DNA of 64,000 nt. Origin: an uncultured Candidatus Rokubacteria bacterium. GTDB lineage: Bacteria > Methylomirabilota > Methylomirabilia > Rokubacteriales > DASRDR01. The position numbers and the translations under genes are program-made. The notes beneath the pieces were generated by a model, which saw nothing but the letters and a program-made list of their open reading frames with translations, had not been told where the DNA came from and ran no database searches. Numbering within the stretch: position 1 is the stretch's first letter; each line of letters starts with the position of its first letter. Shown one piece after another: positions 1 to 10,068 of this stretch. The stretch lies in NCBI GenBank assembly GCA_963708025.1, contig CAVPSB010000012.1:1-64000 (forward strand), read 5' to 3'.

Positions 1-700
1 GGGGCGACTTCGGCCAGTCGTTCCAATACCGCTCGCCGGCCCTCACGGTGGTCGTGGAGCGGCTGCCGGCGACGATCCAGCTCACCCTGGGCATGGCCCT
101 GACCGTCGCCGTCGGCGTGTCCATCGGGAGTCGTGGCCGCCGTCCGGAAGGGGACGGGCTACGACTACGCCGGCACCGTCCTCGCCGTCCTCGGGCAGTC
201 CCTCCCGAACTTCTGGGTCGGGATCATGCTCATCCTGCTCTTCGGGGTGACGCTCCGGTGGCTCCCGACCTCGGGGTTCCAGGGGTGGTCCTACCTGATC
301 CTGCCCAGCGTCACCCTGGCGGCGTACCCCACCGCGCTGGTCGCCCGCCTTCACCCGCTCCAGCATGCTCGAGATCCTGAGCCGGGACTACATCCGGACC
401 GGACGGGCCAAGGGGCTGGCCGAGCGGATGGTGGTGCTGCGCCACGCCCTCAAGAACGCGACGATCCCGGTCCTGACGGTGATCGGGCTCCAGATCGGGA
501 CCCTGCTGGGGGGCGCCGTCATCACCGAGTCGGTGCACGCCTGGCCCGGCATGGGCAAGCTGGTCGTGGACGCGATCTTCTTCCGGGACTTCCCGGTGGT
601 GCAGACGATCCTGATCTTCTCGGCGACGATCTTCGTCGTGATCAACCTCGTCGTGGACGTGCTGTACACCGTGCTGGATCCCCGGATCCGGTACCAATGA
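1..700 (+). CDS. Dipeptide/oligopeptide ABC transporter permease (DppB/OppB-like), 5'-partial, with apparent frameshifts
   Basis: ERLPATIQL, SLPNFWVGIMLI and LILPSVTLA are followed in another frame by the EAA loop (YIRTGRAKGLAERMVVLRHALKNA) and LDPRIRY; frameshift near 350. Confidence 0.9.
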
Positions 701-1531
701 GGCGGCTCGGCCGGAGCCCGATGACGGTGGTCGGCGGGCTCATCCTGCTGGTTGTCGTCCTGGCCAGCGCCGGGGCGCCGCTCCTGACGCCCGCCGATCC
801 GGTGAAGCCGAGCTTCGGCAAGCGGCTGTCCCGGCCCTGGGCGCTCGGGGGGCCCCCCGCCTACCCGCTCGGCGCCGACAACCTGGGCCGGGACATCTGG
901 GCGCGCGTCCTCTACGGCGGCCGGATCTCCCTCGTCCTCGCCACCTGCGCGGTGATCCTGGCGACCGGTGCCGGCGTGGCGGTCGGGCTCCTGGCCGGCG
1001 CGGTCGGGGGCCGACTGGACGACCTGGTCATGCGGGTCTGCGACATCCAGCTCGCGTTCCCGGTCATCATGCTGGCCATCGCCATCGTGGCCGTCGTCGG
1101 CACCAGCCCGGCGACGCTGGTCGGCGTCCTGGCGCTGAGCGGCTGGGTCCTCCACGCCCGCACCGTACGGGCCAACGTGCTGACCATCCGCCAGCTCGAG
1201 TACGTCGATGCCGCCCGCACCCTGGGGGCCAGCGATCTGCGCGTCATCGCTCGCCACATCCTGCCCAACACGCTGGCGCCGATCCTGGTCATCGGCTCCA
1301 GCCAGTTCGCCACCATGGTCCTGCTGGAATCGGGCCTGAGCTTCCTCGGCATGGGCGTCCAGCCGCCCGAGCCGTCGTGCGGGGGGGATGCTCGCCGAGG
1401 GGCGGGACTACCTGTCCAACGCCTGGTGGCTGGCCACGGTGCCCGGAGCGGCCATCTCGCTGGTGGTGCTGGGCGCCAACCTGCTGGGCGACGGCCTGCG
1501 GGACCTGCTCGACCCCAGCCTCCGGCAGTGA
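697..1531 (+). CDS. Dipeptide/oligopeptide ABC transporter permease (DppC/OppC-like), frameshift near 1380
   Basis: ATGA overlap with the upstream gene; [22 protein letters not shown] and [12 protein letters not shown]; the C-terminus [13 protein letters not shown] lies in a shifted frame after a G run. Confidence 0.9.
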
Positions 1532-1632
1532 GCGCCTTGGGCCTGGCCGAGGGCGCCGGCGCGCGCTCGCTCTCCTGGGCTCTCGGCCGCGGCGTGTCCC
1601 TCCAGGCGGCTTGGCGCCACCCAGCCGGCGAG

Positions 1633-1651
1633 GTATGCTAGCATACGTATG
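1633..1651. promoter_or_regulatory. Probable TA operator/promoter: overlapping palindromes GTATGCTAGCATAC and CATACGTATG containing a TATGCT -10-like box
   Basis: Perfect 14-bp and 10-bp palindromes directly upstream of an RHH antitoxin. Confidence 0.6.
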
Positions 1652-1674
1652 AGCCGAGGCCCGAGGAGGTTCGG

Positions 1675-1904
1675 ATAGACGAACGACGATCTTCGCGGAC
1701 GAAGAGGTACTGAGAAAGCTGCGCGAGATTGCCAAGCGGGAGAATATCACCCTGTCCAATGCCATCAGGACCGCGCTTCAACGTTATGTCTCGCGCCGCC
1801 GCCCCAAGCGCTCCCGTCTCTCGCTCATCGGAATCGGGCGGAGTGGACGCCGCGACGTCGCCGAGCACGCTGAAGAGTTGCTGGGTAAGGGATTCGCCCG
1901 CTGA
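1675..1904 (+). CDS. Ribbon-helix-helix (CopG/VapB-type) antitoxin; start codon apparently missing one base
   Basis: Not in the ORF track. GGAGGT SD, then AT-AGA-CGA..., reading RRTTIFADEEVLRKLREIAKRENITLSNAIRTALQRYV...GIGRSGRRDVAEHAEELLGKGFAR*; TGATG overlap with the toxin. Confidence 0.8.
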
Positions 1905-2320
1905 TGCCGCCGGTCCTCGTTGACACCGGTCCGCTCTACGCCATGGCCGATCGGGATGACGACTGGCATTCTCGGGTCCTCAGATTTCTCAAACACTCAC
2001 CTGACGAGTTGATCGTCCCCGTTGCCGTACTGCCAGAAGCCGCCTATCTGCTGGCCACCCACCTTGGACCCGAGGCCGAGCAGGAGCTGATCCGGTCGGT
2101 AGTGAACGGAGAGATGGCGCTCGAGGAGCTCACACTCCAAGACTTGCGGCGCACACTGGAGCTCCTCGACCGCTATGCGGCCGCGCGAATCGGGTTCGTC
2201 GACGCCGCCGTCGTCGCGACCGCCGAGCGCCTGAAGATCTCGCGCATTCTGACGACTGACCGACGCGATTTTTCACTCATCCGGCCCCGTCATTGCAAAG
2301 CCTTCGAGTTGCTCCCCTGA
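1904..2320 (+). CDS. vapC: PIN-domain VapC toxin
   Basis: VLVDTGPL...VLPEAAY...FVDAAVVATAERL...ILTTDRRDF acidic PIN residues. Confidence 0.9.
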   Translation: MPPVLVDTGPLYAMADRDDDWHSRVLRFLKHSPDELIVPVAVLPEAAYLLATHLGPEAEQELIRSVVNGEMALEELTLQDLRRTLELLDRYAAARIGFVDAAVVATAERLKISRILTTDRRDFSLIRPRHCKAFELLP

Positions 2321-2402
2321 ACCGAATTCTGGGCCCGCCGCGTCCTGCACCGATGTAGATCGACTTCACCGGCGGCCTGATGAAACGCGCGGGGAGGATG
2401 GC

Positions 2403-3316
2403 CTGAGCGCTACCGGACCGAACCTGCTCTTCCTGGTGTCGGACCAGCACACGCAGCGGGTGACCGGCTGCTACGGCGACGGCGTGGTGCGGACGCCCAA
2501 CCTGGACCGGCTGGCCGCTCGCGGCGTCGTGTTCGACGAGGCGTATTGCCCCTCGCCCATCTGCGTGCCCTCGCGCATGTCCCTCCTCACCGGCTGTCAT
2601 CCGGCCACCCAGGAGTGCTGGACCAACGGCGACGTGCTGGCCTCCGACCGGCCCACCATGGCCCACGCCCTCGGCGCCGCAGGCTACCGGCCGGTCCTGG
2701 TGGGCCGGCTCCACGCGCTGGGGCCCGATCAGCTTCACGGGTACGCGGAGCGCGAGGTCGGGGACCACAGTCCCAACTGGGTCGGCGTCCCCCGGCACGA
2801 CATGGGGGCGCTGGACAAGACCAACGACCCGTTCCGCGACAGCCTGCGCAAGTCCGGCGCGGGCCAGAGCGCCTACGAGTTGCACGACGTGGACGTGGTC
2901 GAGGCCGCCTGCGCCCGCCTGGAGGCGATCGCGCAACGGCGCCGGGACGGTGACGCGACGCCCTTCAGCCTCACCGTCGGGCTCATGCTGCCGCACCAGC
3001 CGTACGTGGCCCGCGCGGAGGACTACGAGCCGTACGTCGGCAAGGTCGGGCTGCCGGACACCGCGCCCCCCGACCCCGCCCGCGAGCACCCCTATCTCCG
3101 GTGGTGGCGGGACAGCACCGACACGCGCCACGTGACCGAGGCGGAGATTCTAAGATCCCGCACGGCCTACTACGGGCTGGTGACCCGGCTCGACGCGATG
3201 GTCGGCCGGCTCCTCGACCGGCTCGAGGCCCTCGGCCTCGCCGACGACACCCTGGTCGTCTACACGACCGACCACGGTGACCAGCTCGGCGAGCGCGGGC
3301 TCTGGTGGAAGCAGAC
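2403..3316 (+). pseudogene. Sulfatase (choline-sulfatase-like), 3'-truncated
   Basis: GPNLLFLVSDQH, CVPSR formylglycine motif and TDHGDQLGERGLWWKQT; similarity ends abruptly at about 3316. Confidence 0.8.
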
Positions 3317-3453
3317 ATGGCCACGAACCCCGGCGCGTGGTCGCTGGCGGTGCCGGCGCCGATCTTGATGTCGATGGGATGGGCCGCCGGCGCCGGCCTC
3401 GCGGCAAGGATCAGCAGGGCGGCGGCCAGCACCCGAAGGATTCGGATCGTCAT
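3316..3453 (-). pseudogene. 5' stub of an ABC substrate-binding protein (SsuA/NMT1-like)
   Basis: GGAGGT SD, signal peptide MTIRILRVLAAALLILAARPAPA, then IKIGAGTASDHAPGFVAM; breaks at the same point as the sulfatase. Confidence 0.65.
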
Positions 3454-3739
3454 CGTGGACCTCCCCGCGGGCAGCCGGCTCGGGCCGGTACCCATCGCGT
3501 CCTTCATCTGGGCCGTGGCGCGCTGGGCCTGCGCCGTTAAAACGGCGTTCGGCCCTGGGCGGACGTCCCGGCCTATGGTCGTCCTCGACCGCCGGGCTGC
3601 TCGGACTGCGACCCGATGCTCCGGTCACCACGGCGCGGGGTGTCTCGTGACCGGCCGCGACACCGCGCGAGTGGCCAGCCGGCTGCATACCGACACGGCC
3701 GGGAAACAGGCGTCAACGGCGTGGGCCCCGGGGACGGCG

Positions 3740-3922
3740 ACAGCGCCAGCTCGGGCGGCCTCGCGTGCCATCGGCGTGGGCGCGACCGCGGGGCGGCTTG
3801 CCATCGGCTGCCAGGCCGACGTGCTGGTCGTGTGCGGGGACCCGACCCGGGACCTCGGCGCGCTCTGGAACGTCCTCGACGTCTGGCAGGCTGGCCATCG
3901 GGTGGAACGGGGCGTAGCGTAG
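3740..3922 (+). pseudogene. 3' remnant of an amidohydrolase-family gene
   Basis: ASRAIGVGATAGRLAIGCQADVLVVCGDPTRDLGALWNVLDVWQAG matches the amidohydrolase C-terminal GxLxxGxxADxxxxxGDP pattern; no N-terminal part. Confidence 0.65.
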
Positions 3923-4108
3923 CCCCCGGGAGCGGCAGGTGCTGCATCCTCCCGGCGCGCGAGCGCCGTCCGCCGGGGAGTCCCCTGGGAGGGTGCTGAG
4001 CCCGCCCCCGCCTTGCTCCTCCGGCGCGTCTTCGATTATTCTGACCGCACGGCTGTCACGCTCGCACGGTCGGCTGTCCACCACCACGACACCAAAGGAG
4101 TCGGACCC

Positions 4109-5068
4109 ATGCGCACGCGTCTCGTCGCGCTCGTCGTCGCCGCCCTCGTCCTGGTCGCCGCGCTGCCGGGCCAGGCCGATCTCCCCTCGCTGAATGTGCT
4201 CATTCCCGCCAACCCCGGGGGCGGGTGGGACCAGACTGGCCGGGCGATGGAGCAGGCGCTGCGGGCCGAGAAGCTCGTCACCGGCGCGATCCGCCTGAAC
4301 AACCGGGGGGGCGCGGGCGGCACCATCGGCCTGGCCGAGTTCGCCAAGTCCAAGGGGCAGGGCGGCTCGCTCATGATCATGGGCCTGGTCATGGTCGGCG
4401 CCATCATCACCAACAAGTCGCCGGTCACGCTGGAGGCGACGACGCCGATCGCCCGGCTCACCTCCGAGTACGAGGTGATCGCGGTGCCGGCCGCATCGAA
4501 GTTCAAGACGCTGAAGGAACTCACCGACGCGCTCAAGGCCGAGCCCGGCGCGGTGGCGATCGCCGGGGGGTCCCGGGGCGGCAGCGATCACATCCTCGCG
4601 GCGCTCATCGCCGAGGCCGTCGGCGTGCCGGGAGCCAAGGTGAACTACGTGGCCTTCGCGGGCGGGGGCGAGGCGGTGGCGGCGCTCCTCGGCGCCCAGG
4701 TGGCGGCGGGGGTCAGCGGCTACGGCGAGTTTCAGCCGCACATCGACTCGGGCAAGCTGCGGGCCCTCGCCGTCAGCTCGCCGGCGCGCCTGGCCGGCAT
4801 CACCGTGCCGACCCTGAAGGAGCAGGGCATCAACGTGGAGTTCGGCAACTGGCGCGGCGTGGTGGCCCCGGAGGCGATCGGCGCCGCCGACCGCAAGGCG
4901 CTCCTCGACACGATCGACAAGCTGGTGAAGTCGGCGGCCTGGAAGGAGCAGCTCAAGACGAAGAACTGGGACGACGCCTATCTCGCCGGCGACCCCTTCG
5001 CCGCCTTCCTCAAGGCCGAGAACGACCGCGTCAACAAGGTGCTGCAGAGCGTCGGCCTCGCGAAGTAG
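4109..5068 (+). CDS. tctC: Tripartite tricarboxylate transporter substrate-binding protein
   Basis: Signal peptide, PANPGGGWDQTGR, GGAGGTIG, GGGEAVAALLG and NWRGVVAP. Confidence 0.92.
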   Translation: MRTRLVALVVAALVLVAALPGQADLPSLNVLIPANPGGGWDQTGRAMEQALRAEKLVTGAIRLNNRGGAGGTIGLAEFAKSKGQGGSLMIMGLVMVGAIITNKSPVTLEATTPIARLTSEYEVIAVPAASKFKTLKELTDALKAEPGAVAIAGGSRGGSDHILAALIAEAVGVPGAKVNYVAFAGGGEAVAALLGAQVAAGVSGYGEFQPHIDSGKLRALAVSSPARLAGITVPTLKEQGINVEFGNWRGVVAPEAIGAADRKALLDTIDKLVKSAAWKEQLKTKNWDDAYLAGDPFAAFLKAENDRVNKVLQSVGLAK

Positions 5069-5120
5069 GAGCCGTGAAGCGGTCGCCTTGCCCGGGTAGC
5101 CACGAAGTCGCAGGCGGCCG

Positions 5121-5297
5121 GCTCCCCTCTCCCCGGCCATAGGCCGGGGGCCGTCCAACGGCGGCGGGGAGGGGGAGGTTCCAGCTGAGAGCGTGTGAAG
5201 CAATGGGTCCTCCGACTCCCCCCTCCCCCGGCCACAGGCCGAAGGCCGTCCAACGGTGGGGGAGGGGGGTTGGGGGGGTAGGAGGGAGGTCCCGAAC
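5121..5297 (+). repeat. Two copies of a C-rich/G-rich palindromic element, each with a GGCC-N3/4-GGCC cassette in the loop; the second ends in GGGAGGTCCCGAAC
   Basis: CCCCCCTCCCCC...GGGGGAGGGGGG arms; related copies at 27436, 28333, 32775, 36909 and 55549. Confidence 0.85.
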
Positions 5298-5777
5298 TGA
5301 GCACGGCGAAAGCCGGTCCGCTGGCGATCGCCGCCGGCGTGATCGGCCTCGGCCTGTTCTTCCTCCTGGGCGCGCTCCGGCTCTCCGGCGAGGCGGCCTA
5401 CGCCGGGGTCGGCCCCCGGGCCTTTCCGGTCACCATCGGCGGCGCCCTCGTCGTCCTCGGAGTGGCGCTCGCCGTGGCGCTGCTTCGCGGCCTGGAGATC
5501 GAGCCCGAGAGCGGCGAGGACGTGGACGCCAGCCGCGAGGCCGACCTGCGGCCCGCTGGGCTGGATCGTGGCCGGCATCGCGCTCTCGGTCTTCATCCTG
5601 GAGCGGGCCGGGTTCCCCGTCACCGCCGCCATCGTCTTCACGCTGACCGCCCGCGCATTCGGCTCCCGCCGGCTGCTGCGCGACGCCGCGATCGGCCTCG
5701 TCCTGGCCACCCTGACCTACCTGATCTTCGCGCGCGGCCTCGGCGTGTCGCTGCCCGGCGGTCCGTTCCTGGGCTAG
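5297..5777 (+). CDS. tctB: Tripartite tricarboxylate transporter small membrane subunit, frameshift near 5555
   Basis: VGPRAFP motif, hydrophobic segments and terminal LGVSLPGG; located between tctC and tctA; start codon uncertain (CTG after GGAGGT). Confidence 0.85.
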
Positions 5778-5780
5778 TCC

Positions 5781-7271
5781 GTGGACACCCTGGTCGCGCT
5801 CGGCCACGGCTTCACGGTCGCCCTGGCGCCGATCAACCTCCTCTTCGCCCTCGTCGGCGCGGCCCTGGGGACGGCGGTCGGCGTGCTGCCCGGCATCGGC
5901 CCGGCCCTGACGGTGGCCCTCCTGCTGCCGGCGACCTATCAGCTGGCGCCGACCGGCAGCTTCATCATGTTCGCCGGCATCTACTACGGCGCGATGTACG
6001 GCGGCTCGACCACCTCGCATCCTGATCAACACGCCGGGCGAGTCGGCCTCGATCGTCACCGCGCTCGAGGGCTACCGCATGGCCCAGCGCGGGCGAGGCG
6101 CGGCGGCGCTGGCGACGGCGGCCATCGGCTCCTTCGTGGCCGGCACGCTGGCCACGCTCGGGCTGACCTTTCTGGCGCCGGCGCTGGTCGGGGTCGCGCT
6201 CAGCTTCGGCCCCGCCGAGTACTTCGCCCTGATGGTGCTGGCCTTCACCACCGTCTCCGCCGTGCTCGGCGCGTCGCGGCTGCGCGGCGCCATCAGCCTC
6301 TTCTTCGGCCTCGGCCTCGGGCTGATCGGCATCGACACCCAGACCGGCCAGGCGCGCTTCACCCTGGGGGTTCCGGCAGCTCCTCGACGGGATCGACGTG
6401 GTCCTCGTCGTGGTCGGCCTGTTCGCGGTGGGCGAGACGCTCTACGTGGCGAGCCGCTTCCGCGGCGCGTCCGGCGTCATCGCGATCCACGGCTCGCCCT
6501 GGATGACGCGGCGAGGAGTGGCGGCGCTCGTGGAAGCCGTGGCTGCGCGGCACCCTGCTCGGCTTCCCGATCGGGGCGCTGCCGGCCGGCGGCGCCGAGA
6601 TCCCGACCTTCCTCTCCTACCTGGTCGAGAAGCGGCTCTGCAGCGAAGCCGGAGGAGTTCGGCAAGGGCGCCATCGAGGGGGTGGCCGGTCCGGAGGCGG
6701 CGAACAACGCGGCCGCCGCCGGCGTGCTGGCCCCGCTCCTGACCCTCGGGCTGCCCGACCTCGGCCACCGCGGCCATCCTGCTGGCCGCCTTCCAGGGGT
6801 ACGGGCTCCAGCCGGGGCCGCTCCTCTTCCAGAACAACCCCGACCTCGTCTGGGGGCTGATCGCGAGCCTGTACATCGGCAACGTGATGCTGCTGGTCCT
6901 GAACCTGCCGCTGGCGCCGCATCTGGGTGCGCCTCCTCATGATCCCCCGGCCGCTCCTCTACGGCGGCATCGTGGTCTTCGCGCTCCTCGGCGCCTACGC
7001 CGCCAACAACTCGACGGCCGACGTCGCGATCCTCCTCGTCATCGGGGTCGTCGGCTACCTCATGCGCGTGTACGACTTCCCGGTGGCGCCGGTGCTGGTC
7101 GGGATGATCCTCGGCCCGCTCTCCGAGCAGCAGCTCCGGCGCGCGCTGGCCATCAGCCAGGGCAACCCGGCGGTGTTCCTGACCCGGCCGATCGCCGCCA
7201 CGCTCCTCGCCATCGCGGCCCTGCTGCTGGTGGGGCCGCTCCTCTACCAGCTCGCCACCCGGAGGCGCTGA
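5781..7271 (+). CDS. tctA: Tripartite tricarboxylate transporter large membrane subunit, several frameshifts
   Basis: [33 protein letters not shown] and [13 protein letters not shown] are spread over successive frames. Confidence 0.9.
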
Positions 7272-8267
7272 TGCGCATCGCGCTCCTGGGCGCCGGCCGG
7301 ATCGGCGCCCTCCACGCCCGGCTCCTGAAGGCCGACCCCCGCGTCTCGGAGCTGCTCGTCGCCGACGTCGACCCGCCCCGGGCGGCGGCCGTCGCCTCTG
7401 CCGTCGGCGCCCGCGCCGTGGAGACGATCGACGCGGCGCTGGACCGGGCCGAGGCGGTGGTCATCACGGCCGCCACCGACGCCCACGCCGCCCTCATCCG
7501 GGCCGGCGCCGACCGCCGGCTGCCGGTCTTCTGCGAGAAGCCGATCGCCCTGGAGCTGGACGAGACCCGCCGGGTGGTGCAGCACGTCGAGGCCGCCGGC
7601 ATCCCGCTCCAGATCGGCTTCCAGCGCCGCTTCGACCCCGCGTACCGCGAGGCCCGGCGGCTCATCGCGACCGGCGCCCTCGGCACCGTCTACACGATCC
7701 GCCTGGCCGGCCACGACCCGGCCCCGCCCCACGAGGCCTACATCCCGGTCTCGGGCGGGCTCTTCCGCGACTTCTCCATCCACGACTTCGACGTGATCCG
7801 CTGGCTCACCGGCACCGAGGTCGAGGAGGTCTACGCCGACGGGGGCGTCCGTCGGCTTCCCGGTCTTCGCGAAGTACGGGGACGTGGACACCGCGGTGGC
7901 GACGCTCCGGCTCGGCGACGGGACGCTGGCCGTCCTGACGGTCGCCCGCCACGATCCGCTCGGCTACGACATCCGGACCGAGATCTTCGGCTCCAAGGAC
8001 AGCGTGAGCGTCGGGCTCGGGCCGCGGACGCCGATGCGCTCCCTGGAGCCCGGCGTCCCGCCGCCGGCGGGGCCGGCCTGGCAGAACTTCCTCGTCCGGT
8101 TCGAGGACGCCTACCGCGCCGAACTGGGCGAGTTCCTCCGCGTGGCCCGCGGCGAGGCGCCGAGCCCGTGCACGGGGAAGGACGGCCTGGCCGCCCTGGA
8201 GATCGCGGTCGCCGCGACCCGGGCGCTGCGGGAACACCGGCCGGTCCGCGTCGCCGAGGTGCGCTGA
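7271..8267 (+). CDS. Gfo/Idh/MocA oxidoreductase (myo-inositol 2-dehydrogenase-like), frameshift near 7850
   Basis: [32 protein letters not shown] and [11 protein letters not shown]. Confidence 0.88.
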
Positions 8268-8436
8268 TCGCGGGACCGACCGGCCGGCTGGAAACGGTCC
8301 TACCGCAATAGACGCTTGACTCCTCGCCGCACCGGCGACAGAGTCGAGTCGGACGGGCTCGTTCGGCGCGTGAGCTGGTCGCACCGCTCGCCGCAGCGCG
8401 ATCGGCCCCGCCCATGTATCAGCGAGGACCCGAGTG

Positions 8437-10056
8437 ATGTCGTCACCCCAGCCGTTCCCCACCCGGCAGTACGCCTACACGCGGCGAGCCGGCGCCGACG
8501 AGGCGCTCGACGTCCCGCTCCCCGTCCTCGAGGCGGGAGCGACCTATCGCTTCATCATGGGTCGTGACCCCGTTCCCCGGAAGCTCTCGGCCGAGGAAGT
8601 CGGCACCACGCTGCACGACCCGTTCGCTCGGCTCGTGCTCGGTCGCGACCGGTCGCCGCGGACCGCCACCGCGCTCCTGGGAGTGCTCGCCGAGGCCGAT
8701 GGCGAGACCGGCGGCCTGCCGCGACAGCGCGTCTTCCTGGTGGCGGACGGCGGACAGATCCCCTGGCGTGCCGACACTGCCGGGGTGGAGCGCGCGTTCC
8801 GGTTCCTCGTGGCGCGAGGACGGCCCGACCGGGAACCCGCGCTGCTGGTCAGCACGACCGCGCCCTTCGACTCCGAGTCGGCCTTCCTGCAGGTCATCGG
8901 CTGGGATCCGGTGAGCGAGGCCTACCAGTTCTACGACCGGCGGCAGGGCGCCTGGATCTGGGCGGGCAGCTCCTGGGACGCGCTCGCCGCCGACAGCCGT
9001 GGCCAGGGACCGTTCGACAGCCACGTCAACGGCGCCCTCAACATGAAGGAGCTGAAGGCGCCGTGGCTCCACTGGCACAGCCAGGCGGCCGGCATCCGCG
9101 AGGAGGCGCTGGCCGGAAGCGACCCGCTGCGGACGGACCCACTCTGGCAGGCCCGCGAGGGGGCCGAGCGCCTCGAGACCGAGGTCGTCCGCCCGGGCAT
9201 CCAGCGGTGGAACGAGGCACGCTTCCGCGCCTGCCGGCGAGACGGCCGTCTCACCAGGCTGCCCGAGTTCCTGCGCCAGGTGCTCGGCACGTCGACGGTC
9301 AACCTGGTGTCCTCCCCGGTGGAGAGCCGCAAGATCACCCCGGGCCAGCGGGTGCCGCTGCCGCTGACCTTCTTCGTGAACAGCGACGCCCTGGTGGACG
9401 ATCTGGGTCTGGACCCGGGCCTGGCGGCGCCCCTCGCGGTGGATGGCGCGGCCTACCTGCACTGCCTGCGGACGTACGAGGTGGCCATCGCCGACCGGGC
9501 GCACCGGTTCTCCGGCGACACCCATTTCGCCTTCGTCGTCCCCGAGCCGGCCTTCGAGGACCTTCTGGTCCTGCGGGCGCTGCGGACCCTCGGCGTCCTG
9601 CCCGACAAGCTGGCCGCCAGCCTGCTCATGGTCGACTTCAGCAACCCGGTCTTCTCCCGGCGCCGGGCGGAGCTCCTCCGCCACGTGCCCGACTCCGCGA
9701 CGGAGGGCCCCGCGAGCGACTTCCCGGACCGGTTCGTGACCGCCGTCGAGACGGCGGCGGCCGGCCTTCCGCCGGGAAGCCCGCAGCACGAGCTCCTGGC
9801 CAACTGGCGACTGCCGGAGACGGCCTGGCGACCGGAGTTCGAGCGCCGCCTCGCCGCGTTCTTCGCGGCTCTCGCCCCCCGGCTCGCCAGTGCCGAGAGC
9901 TTCGCGCCTCTCTTCGAGCTGGCGGAGTCCCGGCGGCGCGAGTTTCGCCGGCAGCGCCTGGCCGAGTTCCGGCTGACGACCCCGACGACGAACATTCCCG
10001 AGGAGGCGCCCCTTCTCGAGCTCCTCCCGGACTCGGGCATCCGCCCCAAGAGCTGA
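8437..10056 (+). CDS. Hypothetical protein (~539 aa)
   Basis: Long ORF with coding-like codon bias and a GAGGA SD; aromatic-rich core QVIGWD...YQFYDR...WIWAGSSWDAL...GPFDSHVNGALNMKELKAPWLHWHS; no function recognised. Confidence 0.85.
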   Translation: MSSPQPFPTRQYAYTRRAGADEALDVPLPVLEAGATYRFIMGRDPVPRKLSAEEVGTTLHDPFARLVLGRDRSPRTATALLGVLAEADGETGGLPRQRVFLVADGGQIPWRADTAGVERAFRFLVARGRPDREPALLVSTTAPFDSESAFLQVIGWDPVSEAYQFYDRRQGAWIWAGSSWDALAADSRGQGPFDSHVNGALNMKELKAPWLHWHSQAAGIREEALAGSDPLRTDPLWQAREGAERLETEVVRPGIQRWNEARFRACRRDGRLTRLPEFLRQVLGTSTVNLVSSPVESRKITPGQRVPLPLTFFVNSDALVDDLGLDPGLAAPLAVDGAAYLHCLRTYEVAIADRAHRFSGDTHFAFVVPEPAFEDLLVLRALRTLGVLPDKLAASLLMVDFSNPVFSRRRAELLRHVPDSATEGPASDFPDRFVTAVETAAAGLPPGSPQHELLANWRLPETAWRPEFERRLAAFFAALAPRLASAESFAPLFELAESRRREFRRQRLAEFRLTTPTTNIPEEAPLLELLPDSGIRPKS

Positions 10057-10068
10057 AACGGAGGCGAC

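Noticed and set aside
133-1641. Apparent fused double permease (502 aa); likewise the TctA-dehydrogenase ORF 6884-8311
   Set aside because: Frameshift artefacts bridging separate genes through nonsense-like segments
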